Assembly: GCA_051942165.1 (NCBI GenBank)
Contig: JAVECS010000017.1
Span: 1-44,839 of the forward strand
Direction of reading: 5' to 3'
Source: Circinaria calcarea
Lineage: Eukaryota
DNA length: 44,839 nt
Positions within the stretch are counted from its first letter, which is position 1. The number at the start of each line of letters is the position of its first letter. The position numbers and the translations under genes are program-made. Shown one piece after another: positions 34,787-44,839 of this stretch. The notes under the pieces were generated by a model. That model had not been told where the DNA came from. It was given only the letters and a program-made list of their open reading frames with translations, and did not search any database.

Positions 34787-36036
34787 ATGCTAATCAAGGA
34801 GACTTATAAAGATGTCGCCACGAAGGATGGCGGGGAGGGTACCATGCGTATGAGTTAACACAAGTGAATCGGACAGACCATCACGATTGATTCATTCAGG
34901 GATATACCTCTTTCACCCCACCATCCCCAATTATCCTCGAGCGCGCTTCCCGGGCGTCGTCGTCTTCAGTGAAATCTACCAAGGTCAGCCGCTCATTCGC
35001 TTCGATCGGATTCTGTATTTGCTCTTTGACGTCGAAGAGTGCTCATGTTGAGATGATGACAAGTCACTGGGCCCGTCCAACGGTTTGCCCGGCAGATAGC
35101 TGGTCAAGGCTACATTGTCGCCACGCCTTCCTCCTACCATGAATTCACCGGGCCTGAACCCCTCGCCTACGACGTCCCCGGCACCGATACCGGGAACCAA
35201 TACAAGATCAAGAAGGTACCTGGCTGCTCTTCCAGCCTCTATTACGAACAGGAAGGCTAATTTCCTTACGCTGGGGTACAGAAAGTCTCCGCCTACGACG
35301 AGGACGCCTCTCTCTCCGTCACCACTCTCCTCTCTCTTCCCACCTGCAATGGCCGCGTCGGCGCCACGGGAATGTGTCTCGGCGGGCATCTCGCGTATCG
35401 TTGCGCGCTCGACCGCCGCGTCAGCGCCGCGGTATGTTATTTCGCAACGGATATACACAGCCATAGCCTCGGGATGGGGAAGAAGGATGATTCCTTGGAG
35501 AGGGCGGGTGATATCAAAGGGGAGTTGACTATGGTAGGAGAAATCTGTCCTTATGCAGTCCCCTTGTGTGCCTTTTGGCTGCTGACCCATCGATGTTTGT
35601 CAACGTGCCAGCGTGTCTTATCCAGGTGGCTGTTAGAACAGTTGAGGAGGATTCCACAAGGAGAGCGGAAATCAGAGTGAAATGGCTGACAGGGTTGTGG
35701 TGGTTAGATCTTCGGCAAAAGGGACAATCATGTGCCACCGGAAGGCAGGGATTTGATCCGCAAGACACTGCACGAGAAAGGCGTGGTATTTAGCTTTTAC
35801 GAGGTTGCTTGGGCACAACGTAAGTACTCACGTTGCATAGGTTGCTTTGGAGGATGGGCTACTGACGCCGGCGAATCGCAGATGCATTCATCAGGGATGA
35901 ATTGAGCAAAGGGAGGTATGATCCGGCAATCTCCAGCGTCTGCTTCGAAATGATGCTGGAACTTTTCGGGAGGACGTTGAAACTGGATCTGGGGGCGAAA
36001 AGTAGCGAGGAGCTGGTTGTAGAGGATGTTTGTTAG
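34787..36036 (+). CDS. Dienelactone hydrolase family (carboxymethylenebutenolidase-like)
   Basis: FPGVVVFSEIYQVTGPV, nucleophile GATGMCLGGHL, IFGKRDNHVP and AQHAFIRDE. Introns 34848-34899, 34984-35063, 35216-35281, 35534-35707 and 35820-35881. Confidence 0.92.
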
Positions 36037-36573
36037 GGTGGAGGGTTCGTGATATAACACATTGTGTTGGATGAGGAGAATCACTCCATGGGATTTGGAG
36101 AGGCTAGTCTTGAATATGGAAAGTCGATACTCTTATATAGGTGATCTACTATGATATCAATATAGACTGATCGTCTGTTCGCCATGCAGGCGCGTATGGC
36201 TGCGGGCTGTTGTTAACATAACAAATACATCACTAGATCAGAATTAGCATATGTCATCTCGATAAATGATAGAGTCAGAGTTGGGTAGGCTCAGGTCCTA
36301 CATCCCCTCTGGCACCTCAACCAATTATACGTAGAAAATGGCAACAGCTCACATCCTATAGTATAAGTGGTACTTCTGCGTCTTTCCCGGGAAGTATTGA
36401 TATTTGTCCATTACGAAATAAGGCCAACTCTGCCCGACTCATATCTCCACGGCCCTGGACTTCTGCGGCCATAGGTGGAGCCTCTAATATACGCCTATTA
36501 CGAAGAGTCCGTCTGCCCACTTCGCTCGAAGCAATACTTGCAATTCAGCTTATGCTGTGTTGCTTAACGAAGC

Positions 36574-37613
36574 TTATCCCCCATCTCCGTACTTGTTCCA
36601 TAATTCTTGCATAATGGACACCGCTCCAGATCGGTAGCCACCTCCGAAGATTGCATGATGGTTAAGGTGGTGGTATCTGTATCTTGTTCGCACCATGTTC
36701 GGGATGAGGCCTAGACATGGACTTACAGCTCATACAGGCCGACTCTATCCTCGTATTCCGCCACCGGTTCAGACTTCGGACACAACGCATGGTATTCCTG
36801 GAGGAAAGAACCCCCGAAGCCGCCGAACATTTTCATAATCCCGAGTTCGCATTCGCTGTGGGAGTAAGAAGATGACGGATCAAAGACGACATCTTCAACA
36901 TCTTGACTACTCCCAATCTTCCCTTTCCCTTTGTTTCCACTCCATAAATCGCCGTGGATCACTACGGGCGTGATCCCTTTGCCACAGTCGAGAATTTCAT
37001 CCCCCAGTAGCTTTGGAACGACGGTCCGGGCGGTCCTCTCCACCATGGACCTCAGCTCAGCATCCTTTCCGTTTGTCCGCTCGCTTTTCTTCAGAATCGC
37101 AAGAAGCCTATTCTCGGCGTAGAATTCAGCCCAACTTTCCCGGTAGTCATTTGGCTGCGCCGAATCCCCACAGCAGGTCGTAACCGGAAAGCCGAACACC
37201 GGAGAGGAGTAACCTTCCGGTATGGGGGCAGGAGTGGTATGTAGCTTGGCGAGCTTAGCTGCGAGAGAAAGTCCCGAGCCTTTCCCGGTGGGCGCACGGG
37301 CTGAGAGATCGAAATAATCGGTAACGAGAAAGAAGCGTTCGGGAGGCTCCTCCATTTTGCCAAACGCGTACGCTCTGGGGCAAAGACTTGAGACGACAGC
37401 GTGAATGGCATTCAAAGAGAGATACTCGCCTTCGAACATGATGGCCGCATCGGTGCCGGGCCCCATCTTCAGGAAGTAGTGCTTTTCCGAGCCATCGCCC
37501 GAGGTGGTGGTGATCTTGGCCGTGGTAGAGAAAGCAGAGCCGCTCCGAGGGGCGATGCCGCTACTCGATGGATCCAGCGATAAGGCACGGACGATGGCAG
37601 GGTCCAGCATCAT
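36574..37613 (-). CDS. Fructosamine-3-kinase / ketosamine kinase family protein
   Basis: YFLK...MFEGE, LAKLH, FGFPVTTCCG, WAEFYAENRL, IHGDLWSGN, VFDPSSSYSHSECELG and LYELYHHLNH across intron 36677-36726. Confidence 0.92.
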
Positions 37614-38948
37614 GATTATAGAGAGCTCGATGGAAGCTCCGGGCGGTGAGCGGGTGTTGCACTCGTCAGACACGGCCTGGTCTCGCCCTCCTATCGAGAT
37701 ACGGTGTTGTTTTCTATCTGTCGGCAAGGAGGAGGATTATACTATCCCTGTTGTCTATTGACTTCAGGTCACCGCCGCGCCGAGTATCGAGCTGAGCCTG
37801 CAAGGGTACTTTGACAGTGTACACCCATCCGAATACCTTCTACTACGGTATCAGGCAAAACAGTCCCCAGCGTGGTTGATTCATACCCCCAGAAAGCTCA
37901 ACCACAACCGCATAAAAATCATGGTAAAGGAGGGGGCCATAATAAGCGCATGATCTGGAGTATGCCTACGTTTTTCTGAGAAATTTCAAGCGTGCGCTGT
38001 AATGCTGTCAAGATATCGCGCTAGGATTTATTTCGCCTGACACCATCGTACCATTCTTCCTTCCATTGGAATCTTACGAGTTCGCCTCAAACTGTAATAT
38101 ATTGTCGTGGCCTTCCCGGCCGATAAATACCTTCTATATCGAAGTTTATAACTCCGAGCCTTTGACAACAGGCTTGTGCGACAGCGAGTCAATCGTCTTT
38201 GCGATGATGAAGTCCAGCTACTGGCCTTGGGTACTAACCTTGTAGATGAAGTATTAATTTTTCAATTGATCGTGTCCGGGTGCTGCTCTCCTACCCCCGT
38301 GATTGCAAATCGCATGTCTGTTACAATTCTGAAGCCCAGAATCAAAATTTCCACAACTACGTTCTAATCACCTGAACACCCCACCGAATCTTATAAACGT
38401 TCATGCGATCTAGCCGATCAGTATCGATGTCATTTGGTCTCAAGGCAGGTCTGGAAGGGCGGTGCAACTATTAGGTACGGATCGGCAATCCTATAGAATC
38501 AACCGGAAAAGGGCTTCATCCAAGGACTTTCAACGTTGGTTCAACTCGGAGCACAGAACCAAGGCTATCTCGCGTTGGAGATGAGCAGGCGTCTCTTGGT
38601 CCCTATCGCCATAAGCCTATAGCATCCCGTCCGATTCATGTATCGAGTTCCTGCCAGTAAGAGAGAGAGTGTGCGCGTATATGTAGGCGTCGTCTAGATC
38701 AGAGTATGTACTCAAGTGCCAGCAGTACGCTGACGGCGGTTGGGCGGCTCGTAAGGCGTGTCGACCGGTTAGGATTGTTTGCAGGAGACGGACTGGTTTG
38801 GTACATTCTAATAATGAATATGCCCAGTAACACCTTCCACCCGTCCAATACCCACAAGCTCAGACATCCAGTCTTCTCAATTTGTAACCTCGCAGCCATT
38901 TTTACTGGCAACGCCAGAGCTATGCGGTGTTCTTACAGGTCGAATGCA

Positions 38949-41900
38949 TCATCGGAGCAGGTCCCTAATCTGATATAGCGCCGTCTTAGTCCTTTCCCGT
39001 ACATCGAGTTCAGAATCAGACTCCAGTTCTTCTAGCTTTTCATATATGCCAAGTTTTTTCAACTCGTACGCCCTCGACCTGCAATGGATCCGGTCCGACT
39101 GATCGTCCACCCAGGTCAGATTGATTACAAGCCAGGAACATGTCGCTCGGATCTCCTTGTTGGGATGGCTGAACAATGGCACCAGCAGGTTGAGCAGCTC
39201 ATGCTGCGACATGAGTAGTTGCCGATGTCGCGGTGAAGCTGCCGCAATGTGTACAATTACGTAGCACACTGCTTTGATGATCTCCGTCGGTGGTGGAATA
39301 TGCCGGAGAGCATTCTCGGATGACTTCCTGTCACGCCGGAAAAGGTCGGAAACCTTGGGCAACAGCCTGGCTGCAAGAATGCCAAAGAACTTGTCCTGTC
39401 CCAGCTCTCGAAATAGGTGATCAACCATATCAGCTGCTCCAGGACCGCAGATGAAGTTCTGGATGAAATTTAAAGCCTGCTCTTGTACGGCGATATCGTC
39501 TTTCCTTGCTTGTAGGCTGGCCTGTATCCCAGGGTCGTATCTGGTAGTCAAGCGCTTGCGCTCTTCGACACCTGCTCGCTTAAAGTCTAGATACGGAGCG
39601 GAAACAGTCTTAATTGGGACGTTTTCAGATCTGCTTAAAGCTCCAATGCTATCAATCATGTTGACTTCGTCTTCATCATCGTCCTCAATACCTTGCGAAC
39701 GTTCGTCGAACTCGTCTTCAACAGCATTTAGCAAATCAACTTGTTCCCCCGCGGCGTTCGGGGTACCCATGGCCATTGGTGCTCCATTGCCTGTGTCTCG
39801 ATCACCTCGAACTCCCAACATGTAGGACGTGTCTTCGATATCGTTACTAATGATTTGCTTCAACCAACCCGGTCCTAGTTCCTCTAAGCAGCTCATCTTT
39901 AAGGGATTGGAAGCCGTGTTGACGAGATGCTTGAGTCCCCAAACTGCATTCAACCTGAGCCTCGCGTTCGTTGAATGTGCATGTTCGCAAAGAATCTTGA
40001 GTATGCCAGCGTCGATCATCGTCTATGGTACATTAGTCGACAGCCGGGAAAGAAGTAGACGTACATCGGTTAGACATACCTCTCTCATGGGGCTGAATTC
40101 AAGCAGAAGATTGCAAACAACGGCGGTTGCCGCTATCTGTACTTCCACGTCTGCATGGCCGAGAAGAACCAATAAAGGCGCAGCTAGGCCAGCATCAATA
40201 AGACTAGTTCTCAAAGTGTTCACCGATCTTGATAGAGCCCTAGCAGCGCTACAAGCAGCCAGCAGAACAGGCGTTGGACTTGCAGGAGCTTGAGAGGTGG
40301 GTTTTACAGAATTATACGCATCCTTGGTAGAAGGCGTAAGTGAACATATTACGAATGGGACCACACCATTGTCAATTATGGCTTTCCGATACTCATCCTT
40401 TGCTGTTGCCATTGCAGCTAGCGCAATCAACACAGATTCTCTCATGCGTAAGACGTGATAAGCCGAGGGTGAAATACCGGACACCCCAAGTTTCGAAGAG
40501 CTAGGGATGTCGTGCGAATAAGTTTCATCAGGTTCTAGCGTATGCGGCCTCCATTGTGAAGAAGCAGAACTTGAAGGAATCGGATCGTAAGTTTGCTTTA
40601 ATAAGTGTGAGAGCTTCTTGATAGCTCCAGCTTCTACCGCTGCTTGTTGAAGTTGGACTTGGTCTTCGACGAGCATCGATAAAACCGCTGGAGCCTGCTC
40701 CATTATAAGCGACTCGGGATTCTGCAGAAGACTGTCGTCGTATGACGGAGGCGTATCACTCGAGATCTTAAACTCTTTATCAAGCATTCGAACCAGTAAG
40801 GGCACGAGAAGTAAGGCAAGACCGACCTCCCGTCGTGGATTTGCAAAGCCCATACGACAAAGTATGGTGAGAACCCAAGATGCCATTAGCCTTGTAATGC
40901 CATTTTCCGCCCGAACTACTTGAACAAGCCACGCAATCAAGGGGCTCTCGGCGCGCTCGGTCCCATAAGAGAAGTTCTGTAAATTTCCAAAAGACATCGA
41001 TTCTAACGCCGCGCTATAACCTCTACTACTCCGGTTGTTTGCTCTTCCCAGAGCACCAAGAGGTGGAAGATTCGGTGACTGAGGTGGGATATCTTTTTGA
41101 GGCGAGTTTGGCGGCGATGGCTGGTAGCCAGAGACAGGATTATGCAATCCATGAGTACCACTATAGGGAATAGCATGCGGTAGGGGTATAATTTCTCGAT
41201 GAACTTCGGATCCGGGAAATACCTCAGCAAACGCAGGTGCGCAGATGAACTGCTTTGTCCTGAGCTTTGATTTAGATATAATGACGCCAATAGCTTGCAA
41301 TATAGGTGACAGCCTTGATTTCGTGGTCGCAGGAAATATTGACAAACTAGAAATGTTATCTTTGCGAGGTGATGGGCTTCCCGTAGCAATGACAAAGGAT
41401 GCAATCTTGCCTGCCAATGCTTCCAAAACGCCTGCCCGCGCCAATAATGTACGCTGAACCTCTTCCCGACAAGTTTTTATTATCAGGGCCGCAGCTAGAG
41501 ATAACTGCTGTTGCACAATAAGGGCAGGAGATGTCTGATTCAGTACAGCGACAATGCTCGCAAGATGATGGTCGGTAAAAAGTAACTGCACAAAGCCATC
41601 TTCCACGGTATCTGTATACGGCTGTTCCAATAATAAAGAATCTGCAATACCATTCAAGGCCCTTAATGATCCCAGCACGAGTTGCGGGTGCGAGTCAGCC
41701 GGGTCCAGGATAGCAAGGAGCGGAGGAAGGACCGAGCCAGCTGTCAGCGGTGGTATATAGGCAGGACCCCCTACGTTTGTAAGCTATATGTAGCCTCAAC
41801 GAACAGTACATGACCTCGAGCTCTGAGAAGCTGTGTTACCTACCGTGCGCCAAGCTGGCCACAATGATTACCGCCTGCAAGCGAGCTTCTTCCTCCTCAC

Positions 41901-42147
41901 TCATGCTTCTGCTCCAAGTAGTGTGTTCGGACACGCCATTAGTGTCCCTGTGTTTCCGCTTCCCACTACCTCTGTGGGTATTCAGGATGCGAGATAGAGG
42001 CGCCACGACTCCCAGACCTATCCACATCTCCTTCTTCTGCTCATGACCGATAATTTCGTTCTTCAAGGCTCTTAACGCGGCAACCTGACTGGCGGGAGAG
42101 GAGGGGCTGCGTAACTCGGATAAGATGGATGCAGAGGGGCGAGTCAT
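38949..42147 (-). CDS. VID28: Armadillo-repeat GID/CTLH complex subunit Vid28/Gid5/ARMC8
   Basis: ALRALKNEIIGHEQKKE, ARALSRSVNTLRTSLID, AVVCNLLLEFSPMRE, LRLNAVWGLKHL, VQEQAL, WLVINLTW and LDVRERTKTAL. Introns 41771-41843 and 40023-40079. Confidence 0.9.
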
Positions 42148-43351
42148 TTTGCTGAGCCGATGCCTCCGCGTTCACACGACGGTATGTGCGGCTAGTCGGT
42201 TCTTTCACTTAGCGACCAGCCCACAGATGATGAGAAGGGCGAGAAGGCGTGCAGATGAGGTGAATGAGGTAGCGTGAAGAGGCTCCGATACATAGAGGTT
42301 ATATGAAGCACGGGCCAGGGTAGATGGAATCTGAATCTGAATCGCCGAGAACCCCGGCAGGGCAACAGCCAATTGTGTGGGCTATGCTCTCAGTCGGCCA
42401 CGTATTGCGGTACGGATACCTTAGCGCCTTAGAGTACGGCAGCTTTACGTAATCGTATATGGGGGATTACAGCCGTGACCTAAGGTACCTAAGTAGTAAT
42501 TGCTTCTAAACAATCACCTTCCATTGCGCGATTGAGAACTGATGCATGTAACTGGAATGGTGGCCGCGAAAGTAGAGGGCTTCGCAAGGCCAATCACTCG
42601 GACTGCCCAAGCCTACTCTGCTAGCTAGATAGAACGTACCAGGTAAGGTATGAGTACAACATCATGTCATCGCAGCTGGTTACCTCCCCCAGGCCATAAA
42701 CGCTGCCGACTATTCCGAGCACTTCAATATCCCGTTCACCATACCTGCAGAGAAGATGCAGCTTCACTGGCTCTGCAACGTTTCACTACTTGCTTCAAAG
42801 TGCGTATCCGCCTTGAGCCGAAGGTAGTCTCCGCACTCAGCTAGAAACCCGAGTACTGTAGCGATGCGCTCCTGTTCAGATTACCCATAAGTTGCAATGA
42901 CTATGCCGCGACTAGACTGTCTGTGTCCCAAACAGTCAACGCTAACCGTCTGTCGATTTTCTCCTGGCGGCTCATTTGCGGCGGGAGTAGTGACTCCCAA
43001 AGCGCAAGATGCGCGTATGCGGAGTTGATCCTTGTCGGCCTTCATCAACTGGGGGAGGTGAAACGGTAGTACGCCGATGACATCGTCTGAGGAGATCGAA
43101 GGATTCAGTGGTCCTTCCTGCCTTCTTCCGGAATTCCCACCGGAGAAATCAAGGCGGCTATCGAGAGCTGCATGACAGAGCTTCGCCAAAGCAGAATTGT
43201 TTTTGCGGGGAAGGCAGAGTCTGGGGTAGGCCAAACTGACGGTGCTGGCGGAATTAACATCCAAGAGTAGAGACATTGCACGGAAGAGTTTAGAAGGACA
43301 TAGCGCAAGGAACGACGACAAGAGATTTTCCAACAGGATGGGGGAATCCCC

Positions 43352-43360
43352 TATATAAAA
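43352..43360 (+). promoter_or_regulatory. Candidate TATA box upstream of the cyclin gene
   Basis: TATATAAAA about 540 bp before the ATG at 43896; TSS not known. Confidence 0.4.
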
Positions 43361-43895
43361 GGCTGCTAGAAACTTCCCTCAACTCTGGACTCGTAACGGC
43401 GTGCCGGCTGATGCATGTGTCCAAACAATCTCATACATGTGCTGATTAGAATCCATCCGACCAAAGTCTCCCCATAGTCGATTAACAGCCACGATGATAA
43501 TGACGGAGGATGCCCGGCAGGGCAGAGCCAAAGCCATCGGTCGCCGCCAAGACCCCGCCCCATCCAAGAGGGCTCGACTCGCCTACGATGTCAACCAGCG
43601 CAACGACGCTCAGAGGAAAGTCAATTACACGACTACTCGTGTCATCCCGAGTGACAACGCATCTCGCACTCGACATTCCCAACCACAGCAATACCACTAC
43701 TACTCCAACGGTACGTGGCAGCATCCACTGACGCTGCGAGAGTCTCGCTACTCCGATTTCGTCCCTTGTACATACGACGAACAAACCCTAATTACCCGCC
43801 TCTACAAATATGCTCGCACCCTCCTCTCGCAGAGCAACATCCAGTGCCTCACGCAGCGAAGCCACTCGAGCGCCGGAGGTCCTCGCGATATTGAG

Positions 43896-44839
43896 ATGAT
43901 CGCGTCCTCTCCGTCGCCAACCCTACGTGCAAAACCTGCTTCCCCTTCACGGTCTGCCTTCCAATCTCGTACCAACAATGGACCGTACCGATACCCCATC
44001 TCGAACTCTTCCCATTCATTCATCAAACCACCCTCCCCAGCTGCCTTCCCAAGGTATCCCACCCATTCACCTCAGAGTGGCCAGGCATTGCATAAGCGCT
44101 CCCTGTCAGTCTCTAGAAAGTCGCCCCCAAGGTCGACGGTAGATGCAGGAACACAGTACTCCCCACCAGCCGCTCCAAACTTGGCGGATTTGGAGACATC
44201 CAGGACCGGGGCAAAGCGCAAGGATAGATCAGTCTCACCGGAGGCTGCACCACCCCCAGAGCCAAGTCTCGCACCACAGATGTCTCATAAGCGCGTGGAA
44301 GCTGTCGGTGCTCCATCGCAGCCAATCACCGCCGCATCTTCCACTACCCTTGCCAACTCTGCCTCTAGGACCTCATCACCCAGTCAAGGTTCCTCCCCGA
44401 AACGTGTGCGGCCCCCGAAAGCGGCGGCAAAGATTATGCCTATAAAATACGAAATATGTGACGTTAAAGATCTGGTTGTTTTGATAAGCAACATGCTTAT
44501 GGAGCTTGTGCGTTTCAACGATGAAATCCCCCTCCAAGATGGTAAATTGACCAGGTTTCATTCCCGAGCTCCCCCTGGCATAAGCGTGATGGACTACCTC
44601 CAGCGCCTCACCACGCACGCCACGCTCTCTCCACCGATACTACTTAGTATGGTTTATTATATCGACCGACTATGCGCGCTATATCCTGCCTTCACCATAT
44701 CTTCCCTAACAGTCCATCGTTTTCTCATTACGAGTGCCACCGTTGCAAGTAAAGGCTTGAGCGATTCTTTTTGGACAAACAACACGTACGCAAAGGTGGG
44801 CGGGGTGAGTTTGAAGGAATTGGCCCTGTTAGAACTGGA
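43896..44839 (+). CDS. PHO80: Pho80/PREG-type cyclin (3' partial)
   Basis: Open frame from ATG 43896 to the window end; cyclin box LTRFHSRAPPGISVMDYLQRL...YYIDRL...TVHRFLITSATVASKGLSDSFWTNNTYAKVGGV. Confidence 0.92.
   Translation, partial: MIASSPSPTLRAKPASPSRSAFQSRTNNGPYRYPISNSSHSFIKPPSPAAFPRYPTHSPQSGQALHKRSLSVSRKSPPRSTVDAGTQYSPPAAPNLADLETSRTGAKRKDRSVSPEAAPPPEPSLAPQMSHKRVEAVGAPSQPITAASSTTLANSASRTSSPSQGSSPKRVRPPKAAAKIMPIKYEICDVKDLVVLISNMLMELVRFNDEIPLQDGKLTRFHSRAPPGISVMDYLQRLTTHATLSPPILLSMVYYIDRLCALYPAFTISSLTVHRFLITSATVASKGLSDSFWTNNTYAKVGGVSLKELALLEL

Noticed and set aside
34985..35590. 201-aa minus-strand ORF
   Set aside because: Antisense to the well-supported spliced dienelactone hydrolase.
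17258..42147. A wider ubiquitin-system cluster (F-box, UBP3, MAG2, VID28)
   Set aside because: Such genes are common and are interspersed with unrelated ones; only the adjacent UBP3-MAG2 pair has a specific functional link.
1..44839. tRNA, rRNA, CRISPR array, intact transposon or secondary-metabolite cluster
   Set aside because: No cloverleaf, rRNA, repeat-spacer, transposase/RT or PKS/NRPS signatures recognised by eye; a covariance-model scan could still find small RNAs.

Overview
Eukaryotic DNA from a filamentous ascomycete (Pezizomycotina), judged from short introns with CTRAC/CTRAT branch points. Fifteen protein-coding genes can be modelled by hand: SPT16 3' end, a Ser/Thr-rich single-pass membrane protein whose start codon reads ATA, a GC-rich secreted M43 metalloprotease, CDC50/LEM3, a Fun19-like SWIRM protein, CNBP/GIS2, an F-box protein, SAE2/CtIP, a heme-thiolate peroxygenase, UBP3/USP10, MAG2/RNF10, ERG4, a dienelactone hydrolase, a fructosamine-3-kinase-family protein and VID28/ARMC8. 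The 5' part of a PHO80/PREG cyclin is a sixteenth. Bases about 320-5700 look like a decaying accessory zone with a broken SesB/LipA-like hydrolase remnant. The most notable observation is that UBP3/USP10 and MAG2/RNF10, the known eraser and writer of the 40S ribosomal uS3 ubiquitin mark, sit head-to-head 563 bp apart. Also notable are two unusually long structured introns (CNBP and the dienelactone hydrolase), a GC-AG intron and a uORF overlapping the PHO80 start. No tRNA, rRNA, CRISPR array or intact transposon was recognised. All identifications come from motif recognition by eye, not database searches.
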